IMG/VR virus record: IMGVR_UViG_3300045958_000007
Span: 1-64,000 of that record
Source: a virus
Lineage: Duplodnaviria > Caudoviricetes
DNA: 64,000 nt
Strand: one strand, 5' to 3'
The position numbers were made by a program, and so were the translations under genes. Below the pieces are notes generated by a model. The model searched no databases, was not told the origin of the DNA, and worked only from the letters and a program-made list of their open reading frames with translations. Below are positions 1-10,114 of the stretch, piece by piece; positions within the stretch are counted from its first letter, which is position 1, and each line of letters opens with the position of its first letter.

Positions 1-363
1 GGCGACTCTTCCGGCGGTCCCACCGGCGCGCCGCCGGTTTCCCGCGCGATGCGGCGGAAATCGACCTGGGCCATCGCCCCGCGGACTGCGGTATCCAGCA
101 GCTCGCTGCTCATCCGATCGAGCTGCGCCTGGAGATCGTGCGCGGCGTCCTCGTCCCCGTCCTCAACTGCGGCGCTGAGGCGGCGCTGTAGTTCGGCGAT
201 ACGCGCCTGCTGTGCCTGTTGAACGAGCGCGGACGTGGGAGCCCCGGGGTTTGGCAGCGGCGACTCTTCCGGCGGTCCCACCGGCGCGCCGCCGGTTTCC
301 CGCGCGATGCGGCGGAAATCGACCTGGGCCATCGCCCCGCGGACTGCGGTATCCAGCAGCTCG
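1..363. repeat. Exact direct repeat of at least 105 bp (1-105 and 259-363), period 258 bp, in frame in the ejection gene
   Basis: ggcgactcttccggcgg...gtatccagcagctcg identical at both places; 258 = 86 codons. Confidence 0.95.
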
Positions 364-2717
364 TTGATCTGGCGGTCGTAGAATTCGCGCTCGGCGGCTG
401 TCTGCGCGGCCGCTCGCTCCTGCCGCAAATAGGCCAACTTCTCGCCGAACAGCGGATCCGCCTCGGGGGCCGGCGTTTCCTCGCCGAGTCCGGCGGTGAG
501 CGACGTGGGCGTGCGCAGGGTGCTCATCTCGCCCCGCGCCACGTCCGGCGCCGTGAGCGGGCCGGTGCCGGGGACCTGGCCCGGCAGCGCCGTTTCGGGC
601 ACGAAGTCGGTCCGCATGGTCCTGAGCCAATGCTGGACCGTGGGCCACTCTCCCGCGTAGCGGACCGTTCCGTCCTCGGCGGTGACCGCGATGCCGGCGA
701 AACGTCCCTGCTTGTACGGGACCAGGGTGTAGGGATCACCGTCGATGCGAATGGTGACCGGGTTGCGCGAGTTAGCGAGGTCCTCCCAGGATGCCGCCGC
801 GAGGTTCCGGCCGCTCTGCCGCAACGCCTCTGCCGTCTGTGCCGCGAATGCCGGCGACGGGGATTCCAGGCCGACGCCGGGCGCGGGCGTCTGCTGGCCG
901 GTGATCGGGGATCTTACCGTGGTCGCCTCGCGCGGGGCCGCAGGGAATACGGAGGCGGTCTCAATCCCGGCTTTCGCCGCGCCGGCGGCCGACATCCCTG
1001 CGAGGGCGAGGTTGGTGAAGGCTCCGACCAGGGCGTCCTCGGCCTGCTCCGGCTTCCCGGCCGCCTTCAGCCGATAGAAGTCCTGGATGCCCTTGGCGCT
1101 CTCTGCTCCCTGGTAGGCAGCGAAGCCACCCGGGACCGCAGCGCGCGCGCCGATATCGACCGCCTTGCGCAAAGTGGGGAGGGAATCGAGCAGCGCCTCG
1201 GCTTTCTCCGAGTTTGCGAGCGCAGCCAAGGCTTCGCCGCCGATCGCGCTCGCCAGGATGACGCCGGCGGTCTCCAGGTTGGCCTGCCCGGTTACCGTGT
1301 TCGCGACATTCTTGATGACGCTGAGGTTGACCGCGCCGAGGTTCGGGATGTAGACGGGGGTTTGGTAGTCCGCCTGGCTGACGGGGATCTTCGGAATCGG
1401 GCTGGTTTCGATGATGCTCTTGGCATCGGCGAGGGCGCTCGGGAGGTCCTGCTGGTACTGGCGGTAGAGCTGCCCGGTGCGCGATCGCGCCAGCACGTAA
1501 GGGGTATTGTCCTGGCCCGGGGGCGTGTAGGACTGATTGCTGAGACCGGCGGGCCGCGGCGCGGCCGGCGGCGGGTTCTGTGCCGTGATCTGCGCCTGCC
1601 GGATGGGCAGGTTGTGGAGCTCGGTCTGCTCGATCTGCTGGCGGTTATAGGCGTCGACCGCCTGTTGGTAGCGCGCGATCGAGGCCTGCACGCTGCCGAG
1701 CAGCGCGTTGTGCTGCTGGAGCCGCTGATTGAAGGCGTCGATATCCGCCTGGTCCGCGCTCATGGTGGAGTGGGTGGCGGGCAGGTTCAGGAGGTCGAGC
1801 CGCCGGCGCTCCTGGTTGAGGCTTTCGGTTTGGCTGCGCGCGTATGCCGCCAGCGTCTCGACGTTCTGGCGCATCAGGTCGAGCGTTTCTTTCGACGGGG
1901 CCGGCATCCCGGGAGGGGAGGCTGGCGCAGGTACTGACACGCTGGATACCGGGGTGGCGGAGTCGTCAGGGGCGAGCCGAAAGCCGTTGGTCTGCTTCCA
2001 GGTGTCCAGGTCGCGGTTGTATTGCTCGGCCGCCGCCTGTTGCTCGGGAGTGTAGTCGTCGTTCTCCTCCGCGATCTCCGCGCCCGGGTGCCAGGAGTCG
2101 GGACCTACGGTGCTGCGGAGGACATCGGGTAAGGCCGGGGGAGGCGTGGATTGCGGCCCTGGGGTGGGCTGTTGGGCGGGGCTGGCCGGCTCGTCGAGCG
2201 TCCAGCCGCCGCCGAGGGTTCCAGACGCAGGCGCGGCGGGATTTGCGTTGATCGCCTGCACGTAATCGCGCGTTTCCGGCGGCCACGGCTTGCCGGCGTC
2301 GACGTTGGCCGGTCCGAAGTTATACGCGGCGAGAGCCTTCGAGCGGTCGCCGCCGTAGCGCTTCAGCATCTGGCCGAGATACCGAACGCCGCCGTCCACG
2401 TTCTGTGCCGGGTCGCTCGGGTCCACGCCGAGGTCCTGCGCCGTGCCGGGCATGAGCTGCATGGGCCCGATCGCGCCCTTGGGCGACGTGCCGGACGGCT
2501 TATACCCGTTCTCCCGGTTGGCGACTCTCTGCGCTAGGTCCTCATCCACGCCGTACTTCTTGGCGGCGGCAGACACGAGCCCCTGGATATCCGCAGGGGT
2601 GTAGGCGTTCTGGTCGTCAAGTGTCCACCCGCCACCGAGGGACCCTTTTGAGGCCGGGGCGGTCGTGGGGGGAGAGGGATCGTCGAGCGTCCAGTCTTCG
2701 GAGAGATTTGTGGGCAT
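1..2717 (-). CDS. Large virion ejection (DNA pilot) protein with N-terminal lytic transglycosylase (SLT) domain; 3' end outside window
   Basis: Manual translation from ATG 2717 stays open to base 1 (>905 aa; absent from the ORF track because no stop). SLT motifs RENG, GAIGPMQLMPGTA, NVDGGVRYL, ALAAYNFG, ETRDYV. Follows two other ejection-type genes, as P22 gp7-gp20-gp16. Confidence 0.8.
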   Translation of the reverse strand, partial: MPTNLSEDWTLDDPSPPTTAPASKGSLGGGWTLDDQNAYTPADIQGLVSAAAKKYGVDEDLAQRVANRENGYKPSGTSPKGAIGPMQLMPGTAQDLGVDPSDPAQNVDGGVRYLGQMLKRYGGDRSKALAAYNFGPANVDAGKPWPPETRDYVQAINANPAAPASGTLGGGWTLDEPASPAQQPTPGPQSTPPPALPDVLRSTVGPDSWHPGAEIAEENDDYTPEQQAAAEQYNRDLDTWKQTNGFRLAPDDSATPVSSVSVPAPASPPGMPAPSKETLDLMRQNVETLAAYARSQTESLNQERRRLDLLNLPATHSTMSADQADIDAFNQRLQQHNALLGSVQASIARYQQAVDAYNRQQIEQTELHNLPIRQAQITAQNPPPAAPRPAGLSNQSYTPPGQDNTPYVLARSRTGQLYRQYQQDLPSALADAKSIIETSPIPKIPVSQADYQTPVYIPNLGAVNLSVIKNVANTVTGQANLETAGVILASAIGGEALAALANSEKAEALLDSLPTLRKAVDIGARAAVPGGFAAYQGAESAKGIQDFYRLKAAGKPEQAEDALVGAFTNLALAGMSAAGAAKAGIETASVFPAAPREATTVRSPITGQQTPAPGVGLESPSPAFAAQTAEALRQSGRNLAAASWEDLANSRNPVTIRIDGDPYTLVPYKQGRFAGIAVTAEDGTVRYAGEWPTVQHWLRTMRTDFVPETALPGQVPGTGPLTAPDVARGEMSTLRTPTSLTAGLGEETPAPEADPLFGEKLAYLRQERAAAQTAAEREFYDRQINELLDTAVRGAMAQVDFRRIARETGGAPVGPPEESPLPNPGAPTSALVQQAQQARIAELQRRLSAAVEDGDEDAAHDLQAQLDRMSSELLDTAVRGAMAQVDFRRIARETGGAPVGPPEES

Positions 2718-2747
2718 GGAGCGGAGTTGGAGGGAACGGAGCGCGGT

Positions 2748-4808
2748 TTACGGATTCACCTGCACCATCCGGCCGTTCTGCTTGCGCCATTTCGTGCCGT
2801 CCGGGCCGGTCGCCGTGCGGCCCTCGGGGATTCTGTCTGCGATCGCCTGGGGCGGGGGCGACGGTGCGCGACCGGGGGCGACGGTGCGGACTGGAGGAGC
2901 GGGGGCGGCGGCGGGCGCCGGCGCTCGGGCCCCGGACGCGGGCTGTCCGCCTAGCAAGGCTCTCATCGTGGCATCATCCTGCTGTCGCTTGTCGATGATG
3001 CTCTGCGTGTTCTGCGACCGCAGCGCCGCGCCCTGCTGCTTGACGAACTCCTGCCGGACCTGCTCTCTCTGCCCGGGGTCCATGTCCGGCCAATTCCGGT
3101 AACTGCCGTCCGGGTTGCGCTCGTCGAGGAACCGCACCGCATCATCGCCCGTTACCTTCTCGGGCGGGACGCCGCGGCCCTGCATGGCATCGATGGTGTT
3201 TGCCCGCACCTGCCCGATGGCCGTATTGAGGGCGGCCTTTGCCTGCGCACCGCCGGTGGACTTATCCGCCCGCTGCTGCGAGATATCCGCCAGCCGGTCC
3301 CGGATGGCGAGCAGGTCGTTCCGGTACTGGAGGGTATTCTGCGCGGTGATGTACTCGTTGGGGGTCTGTCCCACCTTGGCCGACTGATCCGCCACGGCTT
3401 TCGAGTCGAAGTTCGCCCCAATCTTCGGCGGGTCGGGGAATAGGGACTGTTCGAGCGGATGCAGCGCGTACTCCTTGGCATAGGCATCGCGCCCTTTGTT
3501 GGCCGCAGCGGTCATCCGCTGGGACACGTGCGCGAGTTGGTCCTGGTAGGCCTTCGGCCGCTTATCCGGGCTCTGGCTTGAAATCGATGCCAACTGCTCG
3601 GCGTCGGGCGTCCACGTCGAGATCCGGATTCCGTTTAGGATCGTGCTGGAGTCGCCGCTCGGGTCGAGCTTGGCCCGGTTTGCCCACCAGTCATTGACCG
3701 CCTGGAGCGCCTTCGGGTCGCCCGCCATCGCCACGTCGGCCAGGTAGTCCTGCTCCATTTTCTGCGCCAGGTCGGATTTCTTGGCCGCGATTTCGACGGC
3801 CTGCTGCTGCGCCTTCTGCCCGGGCTCCTGCAGCTTGGCGAGCTCGCTCGCGCCCATGTGCGCGAAAGCCGCCTGCCGGATCACGTCGTCGCCGGGGTAG
3901 CTTGGGTACTGCTGCTTCCAGTTGCCGTACTCCTGCGCGGAGATGAGGCGATCCCGCGCCAGTCCGTCGAGGAAGGCGTTGTATCGCTGGTCCTTGGCAA
4001 CCGGATCGTTCGCAATCTTGGGATCGCCGTTGATGGCCGAAAGGAACCCCATCGCGCGGTCGGCGATTTCGCCGTACTGCTTGCCGAGCGCGGCCCGCGT
4101 CTCGTCGTTCATCTTGTTGTAGGCCTGCTGCTGGCTCGCGATCGACTGCAAGTATTGCATCTGCGCCTGCGGAGAGAGGCCGTTCTGCGAGGCAATCTCA
4201 TAGGCCCGGCGCAGGGTCGGGGTGTTGAGGTTGACTGGAAACTGCACGGTCCCGGAGAAAGCAAGGGGCGGCGTGGTGGCCGTCCGCGGAGCTGCGGGGG
4301 CAGCCGGAGCGGCGGCGGGGGCCACCGCCGGGCCCGCTTGCAGGTTCGCCAGCGTAGGGGAGGCCGAATAAGGAGCCGCGGCTGCGGCCGGGGCGGAGTC
4401 CGATTTCAGCCCATAGGTGAGCGAGGCCGGGTTCTGATCCTCCTCCGGCGCGGGTGCCGGGGCGGCCGGGGCCGAGGGCGACGGCGCCGGCACGGCACTC
4501 GCGGGCGGGTTGGCGGAGGGGGCCGTGGAAGCAGCCGGTTGTGCCCCCCCGCCGGCGTACTCCTTCATGGCCTGCGTGTAAGCGGAGGCCTGGATGCGCG
4601 CGTCGTTGACCTGGCGCTGCATCTCCTGGGCCCGCAACTGCGCTTCGGTCGCCGCCGCCTGCTGCTGCTGGTAGACGAGCGGCGCGAGCTGCTGGCGCTG
4701 CGCGGTCTCGGCCTTGAGATTCTCGAGCGAGAGCATCTTGCCGTAGGCGTCGACCGGGTTCTCCACCTGCGGGGGCCGGTACATCAGAGGAATAGTCGCT
4801 GCACTCAT
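2748..4808 (-). CDS. Ejection/internal virion protein (gp20-like position)
   Basis: 686 aa, Q/A-rich helical with P/A linkers, between gp7-like and SLT-bearing genes; call by synteny. Confidence 0.55.
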   Translation of the reverse strand: MSAATIPLMYRPPQVENPVDAYGKMLSLENLKAETAQRQQLAPLVYQQQQAAATEAQLRAQEMQRQVNDARIQASAYTQAMKEYAGGGAQPAASTAPSANPPASAVPAPSPSAPAAPAPAPEEDQNPASLTYGLKSDSAPAAAAAPYSASPTLANLQAGPAVAPAAAPAAPAAPRTATTPPLAFSGTVQFPVNLNTPTLRRAYEIASQNGLSPQAQMQYLQSIASQQQAYNKMNDETRAALGKQYGEIADRAMGFLSAINGDPKIANDPVAKDQRYNAFLDGLARDRLISAQEYGNWKQQYPSYPGDDVIRQAAFAHMGASELAKLQEPGQKAQQQAVEIAAKKSDLAQKMEQDYLADVAMAGDPKALQAVNDWWANRAKLDPSGDSSTILNGIRISTWTPDAEQLASISSQSPDKRPKAYQDQLAHVSQRMTAAANKGRDAYAKEYALHPLEQSLFPDPPKIGANFDSKAVADQSAKVGQTPNEYITAQNTLQYRNDLLAIRDRLADISQQRADKSTGGAQAKAALNTAIGQVRANTIDAMQGRGVPPEKVTGDDAVRFLDERNPDGSYRNWPDMDPGQREQVRQEFVKQQGAALRSQNTQSIIDKRQQDDATMRALLGGQPASGARAPAPAAAPAPPVRTVAPGRAPSPPPQAIADRIPEGRTATGPDGTKWRKQNGRMVQVNP

Positions 4809-4820
4809 GAGGAATGTCTC

Positions 4821-5936
4821 TTACGCCCCGGGAACCGCGGGCACCGCGCTCAGGATGTCGGCCAGCGCGCCGCTCGGCGCCGCGAGCGCCGTGCCGGGGA
4901 TGAAGCTCGATGCCCCGTAGCTTGGCATCCAGAGCGATCCCGAGGAGTAGGGCGTGAACCCCTCGGGGGCCCCGCCGGTCGCCCCCATGCTGTTGAGACC
5001 TTGCATCATCCCTGCGCCCATGGCCGCGTTGCCGATGCCGCTGAGGGCGCCTGACCACGCATTCGCGCCGCCCATGATCCCGGCCGCCTGCGCGTTGGCC
5101 GCGCCGGTGCGGAAGTTGCCTGCCATCTGCGCACCCTGAAGTCCGGTGTTGCCGATGTACTCGTTACCCTGCATCGCGACGTTCGACTTGAGCCCGGCGC
5201 CCTGCAAATTGGTGTTGGCCGCGAGATTCGCAAGCGAGGTGAGCTCGCCGCCATAGATGCCGCCGGCCTGAATCGCCTGCTGGTTCGCGGTGGTGCCGAG
5301 TCCCGCGAGCGAGAGGTAGCCCTGCTGGTTGGTGTTGAACGTCGAGAGCGCGCGGTTGTAAGCGTTCTGGTAGCTGGTTCCGGCGAGGCCCTGCGCGTAG
5401 TTCTCGGTGGCCTTGAGCGCCGCCCCGGACTGCAGCATGCCCCGCGCCGCCTGCGAGTTGCCGAGGGCCTTCATGCCCTGCTGTAGCTGGAACTGATAGC
5501 CCGGGTCGTTCTGCAGCTCCTGCGGATTGAAGCTGAAGGTTCCGGCGGTCGATTGGAGCTTGTTGAGCCCGTAGGTTCCGGCGGCCTGATAGGGCTGGAG
5601 GCCCCCGGTCATTCCGGCGTAGATTCCGGCCTGCGCGGTACCGGCGTTCCCGATGGCCGTGTTGGCGGCGCCTACTCCGGTGTCGATCGCGGTATTGGCC
5701 TGCCCCATGCCGGCATAGCCGGCGTCAATTGCCTGCCCGGCGGCCTTGTCCACCGCGCCCGCCGCAGCCTGCCCGGCCGCGGCCTGCGCCTTCGCCGCCC
5801 GGCTGGCCGCCGACGATCCGATGATGCCTCCAATGAGGGAGGTGCCGGCCGAGATCGCCGAGAACGGGTCCATCAGGCGCACTCCGGCCGGATCGCCGAG
5901 GGGGAACATCTCGGCCAGTTGATTTTTCGTTAGCAT
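4821..5936 (-). CDS. DNA transfer/ejection protein (P22 gp7-like)
   Basis: G/A/Q-rich; N-terminal AISAGTSLIGGIIGSSAASRAAKAQ, DPGYQFQLQQG motif; ATG 5936 overlaps upstream stop (alternative ATG 5873). Confidence 0.65.
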   Translation of the reverse strand: MLTKNQLAEMFPLGDPAGVRLMDPFSAISAGTSLIGGIIGSSAASRAAKAQAAAGQAAAGAVDKAAGQAIDAGYAGMGQANTAIDTGVGAANTAIGNAGTAQAGIYAGMTGGLQPYQAAGTYGLNKLQSTAGTFSFNPQELQNDPGYQFQLQQGMKALGNSQAARGMLQSGAALKATENYAQGLAGTSYQNAYNRALSTFNTNQQGYLSLAGLGTTANQQAIQAGGIYGGELTSLANLAANTNLQGAGLKSNVAMQGNEYIGNTGLQGAQMAGNFRTGAANAQAAGIMGGANAWSGALSGIGNAAMGAGMMQGLNSMGATGGAPEGFTPYSSGSLWMPSYGASSFIPGTALAAPSGALADILSAVPAVPGA

Positions 5937-6406
5937 TTGGGTCTCTTCGCCCGCATCACCAGCAGGTCGTACAACTCTCCGTTTTTCGTGCCGGCATCCG
6001 GCACCGTTGCGCAACGCTCGAAGCCCGCGCGCAGCGCGAGCCGCAGCACGAGGCGGTTATAGGACGGCACCGGCCCGCGGATCTCCTCGTACCTCGTCGC
6101 GCCCCAGGCCCACGCAAGAAACTCCCGCACCAGCGCGACGGTCGAGCCCCATACCCGCGGCGCGCAGCAGATATGCACCTCGGCCACGCCCGAGCCGGCC
6201 CAGATCTCGGCCAGCAGAAACACCGCCGCGGCAGCTCCGGCGCCGTCGAAGGCGACGATCCAGTCCGCGCCGCGAACCGGCCCGACCGTCGCCAGCTCGC
6301 GCGGCCGGGCGCCGTCGTGGACCATGCGCCGGTAGCACTTCGGATCCGTGAGAATCGGGCGGATCAGGCTGTAGTCGGTCGAGCGCGCGAACCGGAAGCG
6401 CGGCAC
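5930..6406 (-). CDS. GNAT-fold virion assembly protein (P22 gp14-like)
   Basis: 158 aa with AEVHIC, PSYNRLVLRLALRAGF; directly upstream of gp7-like gene as in P22. Confidence 0.6.
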   Translation of the reverse strand: MPRFRFARSTDYSLIRPILTDPKCYRRMVHDGARPRELATVGPVRGADWIVAFDGAGAAAAVFLLAEIWAGSGVAEVHICCAPRVWGSTVALVREFLAWAWGATRYEEIRGPVPSYNRLVLRLALRAGFERCATVPDAGTKNGELYDLLVMRAKRPKC

Positions 6407-6409
6407 GGC

Positions 6410-7243
6410 TTAGTCGACGTCTCCGGTGTAGCGGTTCCAGCCGCTCCGTCCGCGGATCGGCATGATTCCGGGGTTCACGTCCATCTGCGGGGTCGGGGCG
6501 TTCATCGACTCGATCGCGGCGGCCGAGCGCAACGCCTCGGCGCGGGTGTCGTCAGTCACCGATGCCCCCTGCTCCTTGAAGACGCTCGCCAGGCGGACCG
6601 CGAGGTTATTGACGAACCAGTCTTCGTAGCCGTCCGGCCAACTCACCAGGTCGTTGACCGTGGCGAGTCTTGATAACGTCTGCCATGTGTACAGTTCGAG
6701 CTGGTCGGCCCCGGTGTCCTGCGTCCAGATGTAGACGTTGGCGGTCGGATAGGCGTAGTCGCAGTAGAGGACGGTGGGGACGCCGTTCGGAATATCCTGC
6801 AGCCGCATCCCCGCCCACTGCTGGTTGTCGAAGATCCGCATCGGCAGATGCACCGGCGCGGCGCCGCCGGGCTGCAGGAGCACGAGATTGGCGCGGTCGA
6901 TCGAGTCCGTCCCCGGGCGCACGCTCGTCCCGCTGGTCGAGATCAGGGTGCCGCCCGGCCCGAGCGTGTACTGCTTGACGCCCGCCTGGAGGTTGTACAG
7001 ATCGCTCCGCAGGCTATAGACCATCAGGCGGTTGGTATTCGCCTGCCCGATCATCAGGTTGCCCTGCCTGAGACAGTCGCCGAGCTGGTCCGGGCTTGGG
7101 GCCCGTGCGCCGGCATCGGCGAAGCGCGTCACCCCGGCGAGGCGCAACGCCATATAGAAGAGATCACTGACTTTCGTGCCCTGCGGCGCGGTGCCGGTTC
7201 CGCTACCCCCGCCACCCCAGAGAGAAGATCCGAAGGTGCCCAT
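6410..7243 (-). CDS. Head-tail adaptor, P22 gp4-like (paralog 1)
   Basis: VSDLFYMALRLAG, LQAGVKQYTLG, WPDGYEDWFVNNLAVRLA; aligns by eye with 9409..10104. Confidence 0.65.
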   Translation of the reverse strand: MGTFGSSLWGGGGSGTGTAPQGTKVSDLFYMALRLAGVTRFADAGARAPSPDQLGDCLRQGNLMIGQANTNRLMVYSLRSDLYNLQAGVKQYTLGPGGTLISTSGTSVRPGTDSIDRANLVLLQPGGAAPVHLPMRIFDNQQWAGMRLQDIPNGVPTVLYCDYAYPTANVYIWTQDTGADQLELYTWQTLSRLATVNDLVSWPDGYEDWFVNNLAVRLASVFKEQGASVTDDTRAEALRSAAAIESMNAPTPQMDVNPGIMPIRGRSGWNRYTGDVD

Positions 7244-9387
7244 TACTGCCCCATATCCAGCCAGACCGAGCCGTTGTAACAGAGGCTCACCACTCCGGTA
7301 GCCGCGTAGGCGTTGGCGATGTTGTTGGCGGGATTGAGGTGAGATTTGATCGCGAGCGCGGTGCCTCCGTTTAGCGCGAAGGTGTTGGAACCGGCCTGGA
7401 GGGTGTGGGCCAGTTGAACCTGTACGCAGACCCCCGGATAGAGGTTCGCATTTGTCAGGCTCCCTGCAATGGCGTTGGCCGAGCCCGACTCGGTGGCGAT
7501 GTAGTTCAGCGGGCGCCCGAAGGTCAGAGTGTTATTCGTCGCGTTCGGCACCGTCAACCACTTGTCCCCGCCATTGACGGAATAGATCAGGTTCGGCGTG
7601 GCGAAATCGGCGCACTCCCGGAACCCCGAAATGTTGTCCACTCTGAGGGTTTTGCACGCCTGGAACTGGCGGCCCTCGACGTCGATGCCGCCCACGGTGT
7701 TCTTGCCGGTTTCCAAAACGTGAACGCCATAGGAGGTGCTGGCGTTATCCGCCACCCCAACCCGATACGCCCACTGCTGATTTCCGTAGGAGTCCGACCC
7801 GAAAAACATTCCGGAGGGCCATACAAGATTGCTGTCTACCCCGTCGTCTCGCACCAGTCCGTTGAACTTGATGAAGTCGGCGCCATATACGCCGGTGATC
7901 GTCTGCCCGCTGAAGCTGCCGAAGCCCGTGCAAGCCGAGCCGGAGGGATTCTGAGCCGCCACCAGCACGTTGTTGGAGTCCAGGATAGAGAAGATCTGGA
8001 AACGGCCCGAGAGCTGCGACCATGCTCCCGTCCCGCCTGAGAGCCACATATACTCGTTCGCCTGCGAGAACTTATGGCCGGTAATCGTGAGCTGGCATTG
8101 GTTGCCGCTGGCTACGGCATTTGAAATCGTAAAGGTTGAAGTGCCGATCAGGTTAGAGGCGATCCACGGCTGATTAAAGATGATGCCGCCGGGGAAGTTT
8201 ACGTTGCCTGTCGTCGGCGTGAATTTGACCTGCGTGCCCGACGACCATCCCTCGATGGACACGTTATCGAACACCGAGGAATCCACGAACCGCAATTCCA
8301 TCGCTGCGTTCGTATTACTGCCAGAGCCCCGGATTTCGATGTCCCGCGCGTAGAGGCGCGCCACGTCGAAGCTATCGGCGTTCCAGGCGGCGGCGCCGAT
8401 CACCCAGGCCTGCGAGTTCGTCCCCGCCGGCGTGATGAGGATGTGCTCGAACGTCCCCGGGCCGGCGCCCGCCTGGTTGATGCCGGCCATATCGTAGGCC
8501 TGAATCAGGATCCCCTTTGATGTGCAGGAGTCGATCAGCAATCGCGCGAAGTAGTAGTCCTGCGGATGCTCCAGATCGAGGCACGTCCCCGCGGTTCCCG
8601 CTCCATCGAAAACCAGGTCGGTAATCGACGGGCCCGTCATCGGCCCGTTGAGCGTGAGCATGGTGCCGTTGGTGCTGCCGGCCCAGAGGATGTGACTCGC
8701 TCCGGAGACGGAGATCAGATCGCCCGAACCGCCCGCGCCCTGCAAGCGGATGTTGTTCGTGGTGGAGTTCGCGCTCGATGAGCCGTTCCCCATCGTGAGG
8801 GTGGAGGTAATTTTGTAAGTGCCTGGGGGGAAGTAGACCGTGCCGCCGCTAGTGGGCAGGGCATTGATGGTGCTCTGAATCGCCGTCGTATCGTCCGCCG
8901 TGCCGTTGCCCACGGCTCCGAAGGTCTTAACATTCAGCGCAATATTCGAGAGGTGTGTGCCGAGAGCAGTCTCGAGGGCGAGAGTCGCGGCCTTCAGGGA
9001 CTGCTGGTGCGCTGCGTCGATCAGAACCGACATCACGGCTCCGACCGCGTGGGACCGGGCCGACGTCCCCGCTACTCCTCTGGTGACGGTGAGGGCCTGG
9101 CCGTTCACGGCCGTTACCAGCATGTGCTCCCAGGCCGTGCATTTGGTCACGCCCGTCGCTACCTGCGTGGTCGAGTCGCAGATGGTGACGATCATGTTCA
9201 CGGCGAATCCGGTGCCGCTCGCGACGATCGCGACGTTATCCGTAGGGGCCATCGCGAGGCTGATCGTCGTCTGGACGTTATCCGCCGTGATGAACAGCGT
9301 TGAGTCGGTATCGAGGGACCCGGGGTAATTCGTGGTCTGCGCGGAGAGGCCGCAGGCAAAGAGGACTGCCAGAATAAGATTTCGCAT
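7243..9387 (-). CDS. Tailspike/depolymerase with pectate-lyase-like beta-helix and Sec-type signal peptide
   Basis: LNVKTFGAVGNGTADDTTAIQ...GGTVYFPPGTYKI beta-helix cap; N-terminus MRNLILAVLFACGLSA-Q. Confidence 0.8.
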   Translation of the reverse strand: MRNLILAVLFACGLSAQTTNYPGSLDTDSTLFITADNVQTTISLAMAPTDNVAIVASGTGFAVNMIVTICDSTTQVATGVTKCTAWEHMLVTAVNGQALTVTRGVAGTSARSHAVGAVMSVLIDAAHQQSLKAATLALETALGTHLSNIALNVKTFGAVGNGTADDTTAIQSTINALPTSGGTVYFPPGTYKITSTLTMGNGSSSANSTTNNIRLQGAGGSGDLISVSGASHILWAGSTNGTMLTLNGPMTGPSITDLVFDGAGTAGTCLDLEHPQDYYFARLLIDSCTSKGILIQAYDMAGINQAGAGPGTFEHILITPAGTNSQAWVIGAAAWNADSFDVARLYARDIEIRGSGSNTNAAMELRFVDSSVFDNVSIEGWSSGTQVKFTPTTGNVNFPGGIIFNQPWIASNLIGTSTFTISNAVASGNQCQLTITGHKFSQANEYMWLSGGTGAWSQLSGRFQIFSILDSNNVLVAAQNPSGSACTGFGSFSGQTITGVYGADFIKFNGLVRDDGVDSNLVWPSGMFFGSDSYGNQQWAYRVGVADNASTSYGVHVLETGKNTVGGIDVEGRQFQACKTLRVDNISGFRECADFATPNLIYSVNGGDKWLTVPNATNNTLTFGRPLNYIATESGSANAIAGSLTNANLYPGVCVQVQLAHTLQAGSNTFALNGGTALAIKSHLNPANNIANAYAATGVVSLCYNGSVWLDMGQ

Positions 9388-9408
9388 GGAATTGGGTGTT
9401 GGGTTGGT

Positions 9409-10104
9409 CTACTGCTGGCCTTGCGGCGCGGCCGGCTGGGGGTTCTGCGGCGCCGACATGGCATTCTGTTCGACGAGTGCCGCCTTGGCTTCCTGCGCCG
9501 CCGCCCATACCGCCTGCGCCAGCGAAGGCCTGCCCCACTGCGGGTGAAGATCCTTGGCGAGCAGCTTCACGAGCAGGCGGAGCCAGCCCTGCGGCATGTT
9601 CACGGTGTCGTTGACGGTCGCGAAGTTCGCGAGCGGGGTCCAGTACGCCAACTCAAGCGTGCCGGGGGTGTAGGAGGGCGGTGGAAACACCCGCACGTTG
9701 ATGAGCGGATACGCGGTGTCCGCGCCGACGATGGCCGGAATGGAGGTCTGCTCACCGAGCGCCTGTTTTGCCATCTCGCCGAACTCCGGCATCGAAAGCA
9801 CCCGGCCGCCGGAATGCAGGATGGTGCTGTAGTACGCGCGCCAGGCCGTGACTTTCATGGCGCGCAGGCCCCCGGCGGTGGAGAAGGTGCCCCCTGAGCC
9901 GAGAGTGTACCCGGTGACGCCCGCCTGGAGGCTGAACGCCTGCTCGACCTGGGTGGGGACGGTCAAGCCCTCGGCACTCAGCATGTCGAGGATCGGGTTC
10001 AGGCGGTTGTAGGCGTCCGTCTGCATCGCCGAGGTGATCGTCTCGGTGGGGGTGATGGTGCCGATGTCGATAAATGCGGTGTTGATGATGTCGCTGACTA
10101 GCAT
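9409..10104 (-). CDS. Head-tail adaptor, P22 gp4-like (paralog 2)
   Basis: LVSDIINTAFIDIG, LQAGVTGYTLGSGGT, ATVNDTVNMPQGW...LLAKDL. Confidence 0.7.
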   Translation of the reverse strand: MLVSDIINTAFIDIGTITPTETITSAMQTDAYNRLNPILDMLSAEGLTVPTQVEQAFSLQAGVTGYTLGSGGTFSTAGGLRAMKVTAWRAYYSTILHSGGRVLSMPEFGEMAKQALGEQTSIPAIVGADTAYPLINVRVFPPPSYTPGTLELAYWTPLANFATVNDTVNMPQGWLRLLVKLLAKDLHPQWGRPSLAQAVWAAAQEAKAALVEQNAMSAPQNPQPAAPQGQQ

Positions 10105-10114
10105 GGGGATGGCT

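Noticed and set aside
219-1937. 572-aa plus-strand ORF
   Set aside because: Antisense shadow of the SLT-bearing minus-strand gene; R/G-rich with no motifs
9340-9387. Lipoprotein signal (LFAC) on the tailspike
   Set aside because: Poor lipobox (Phe at -2); LSA-Q cleavage matches the other leaders better
7243-9387. Diversity-generating retroelement target
   Set aside because: No reverse transcriptase and no TR/VR pair differing at adenines seen in the window
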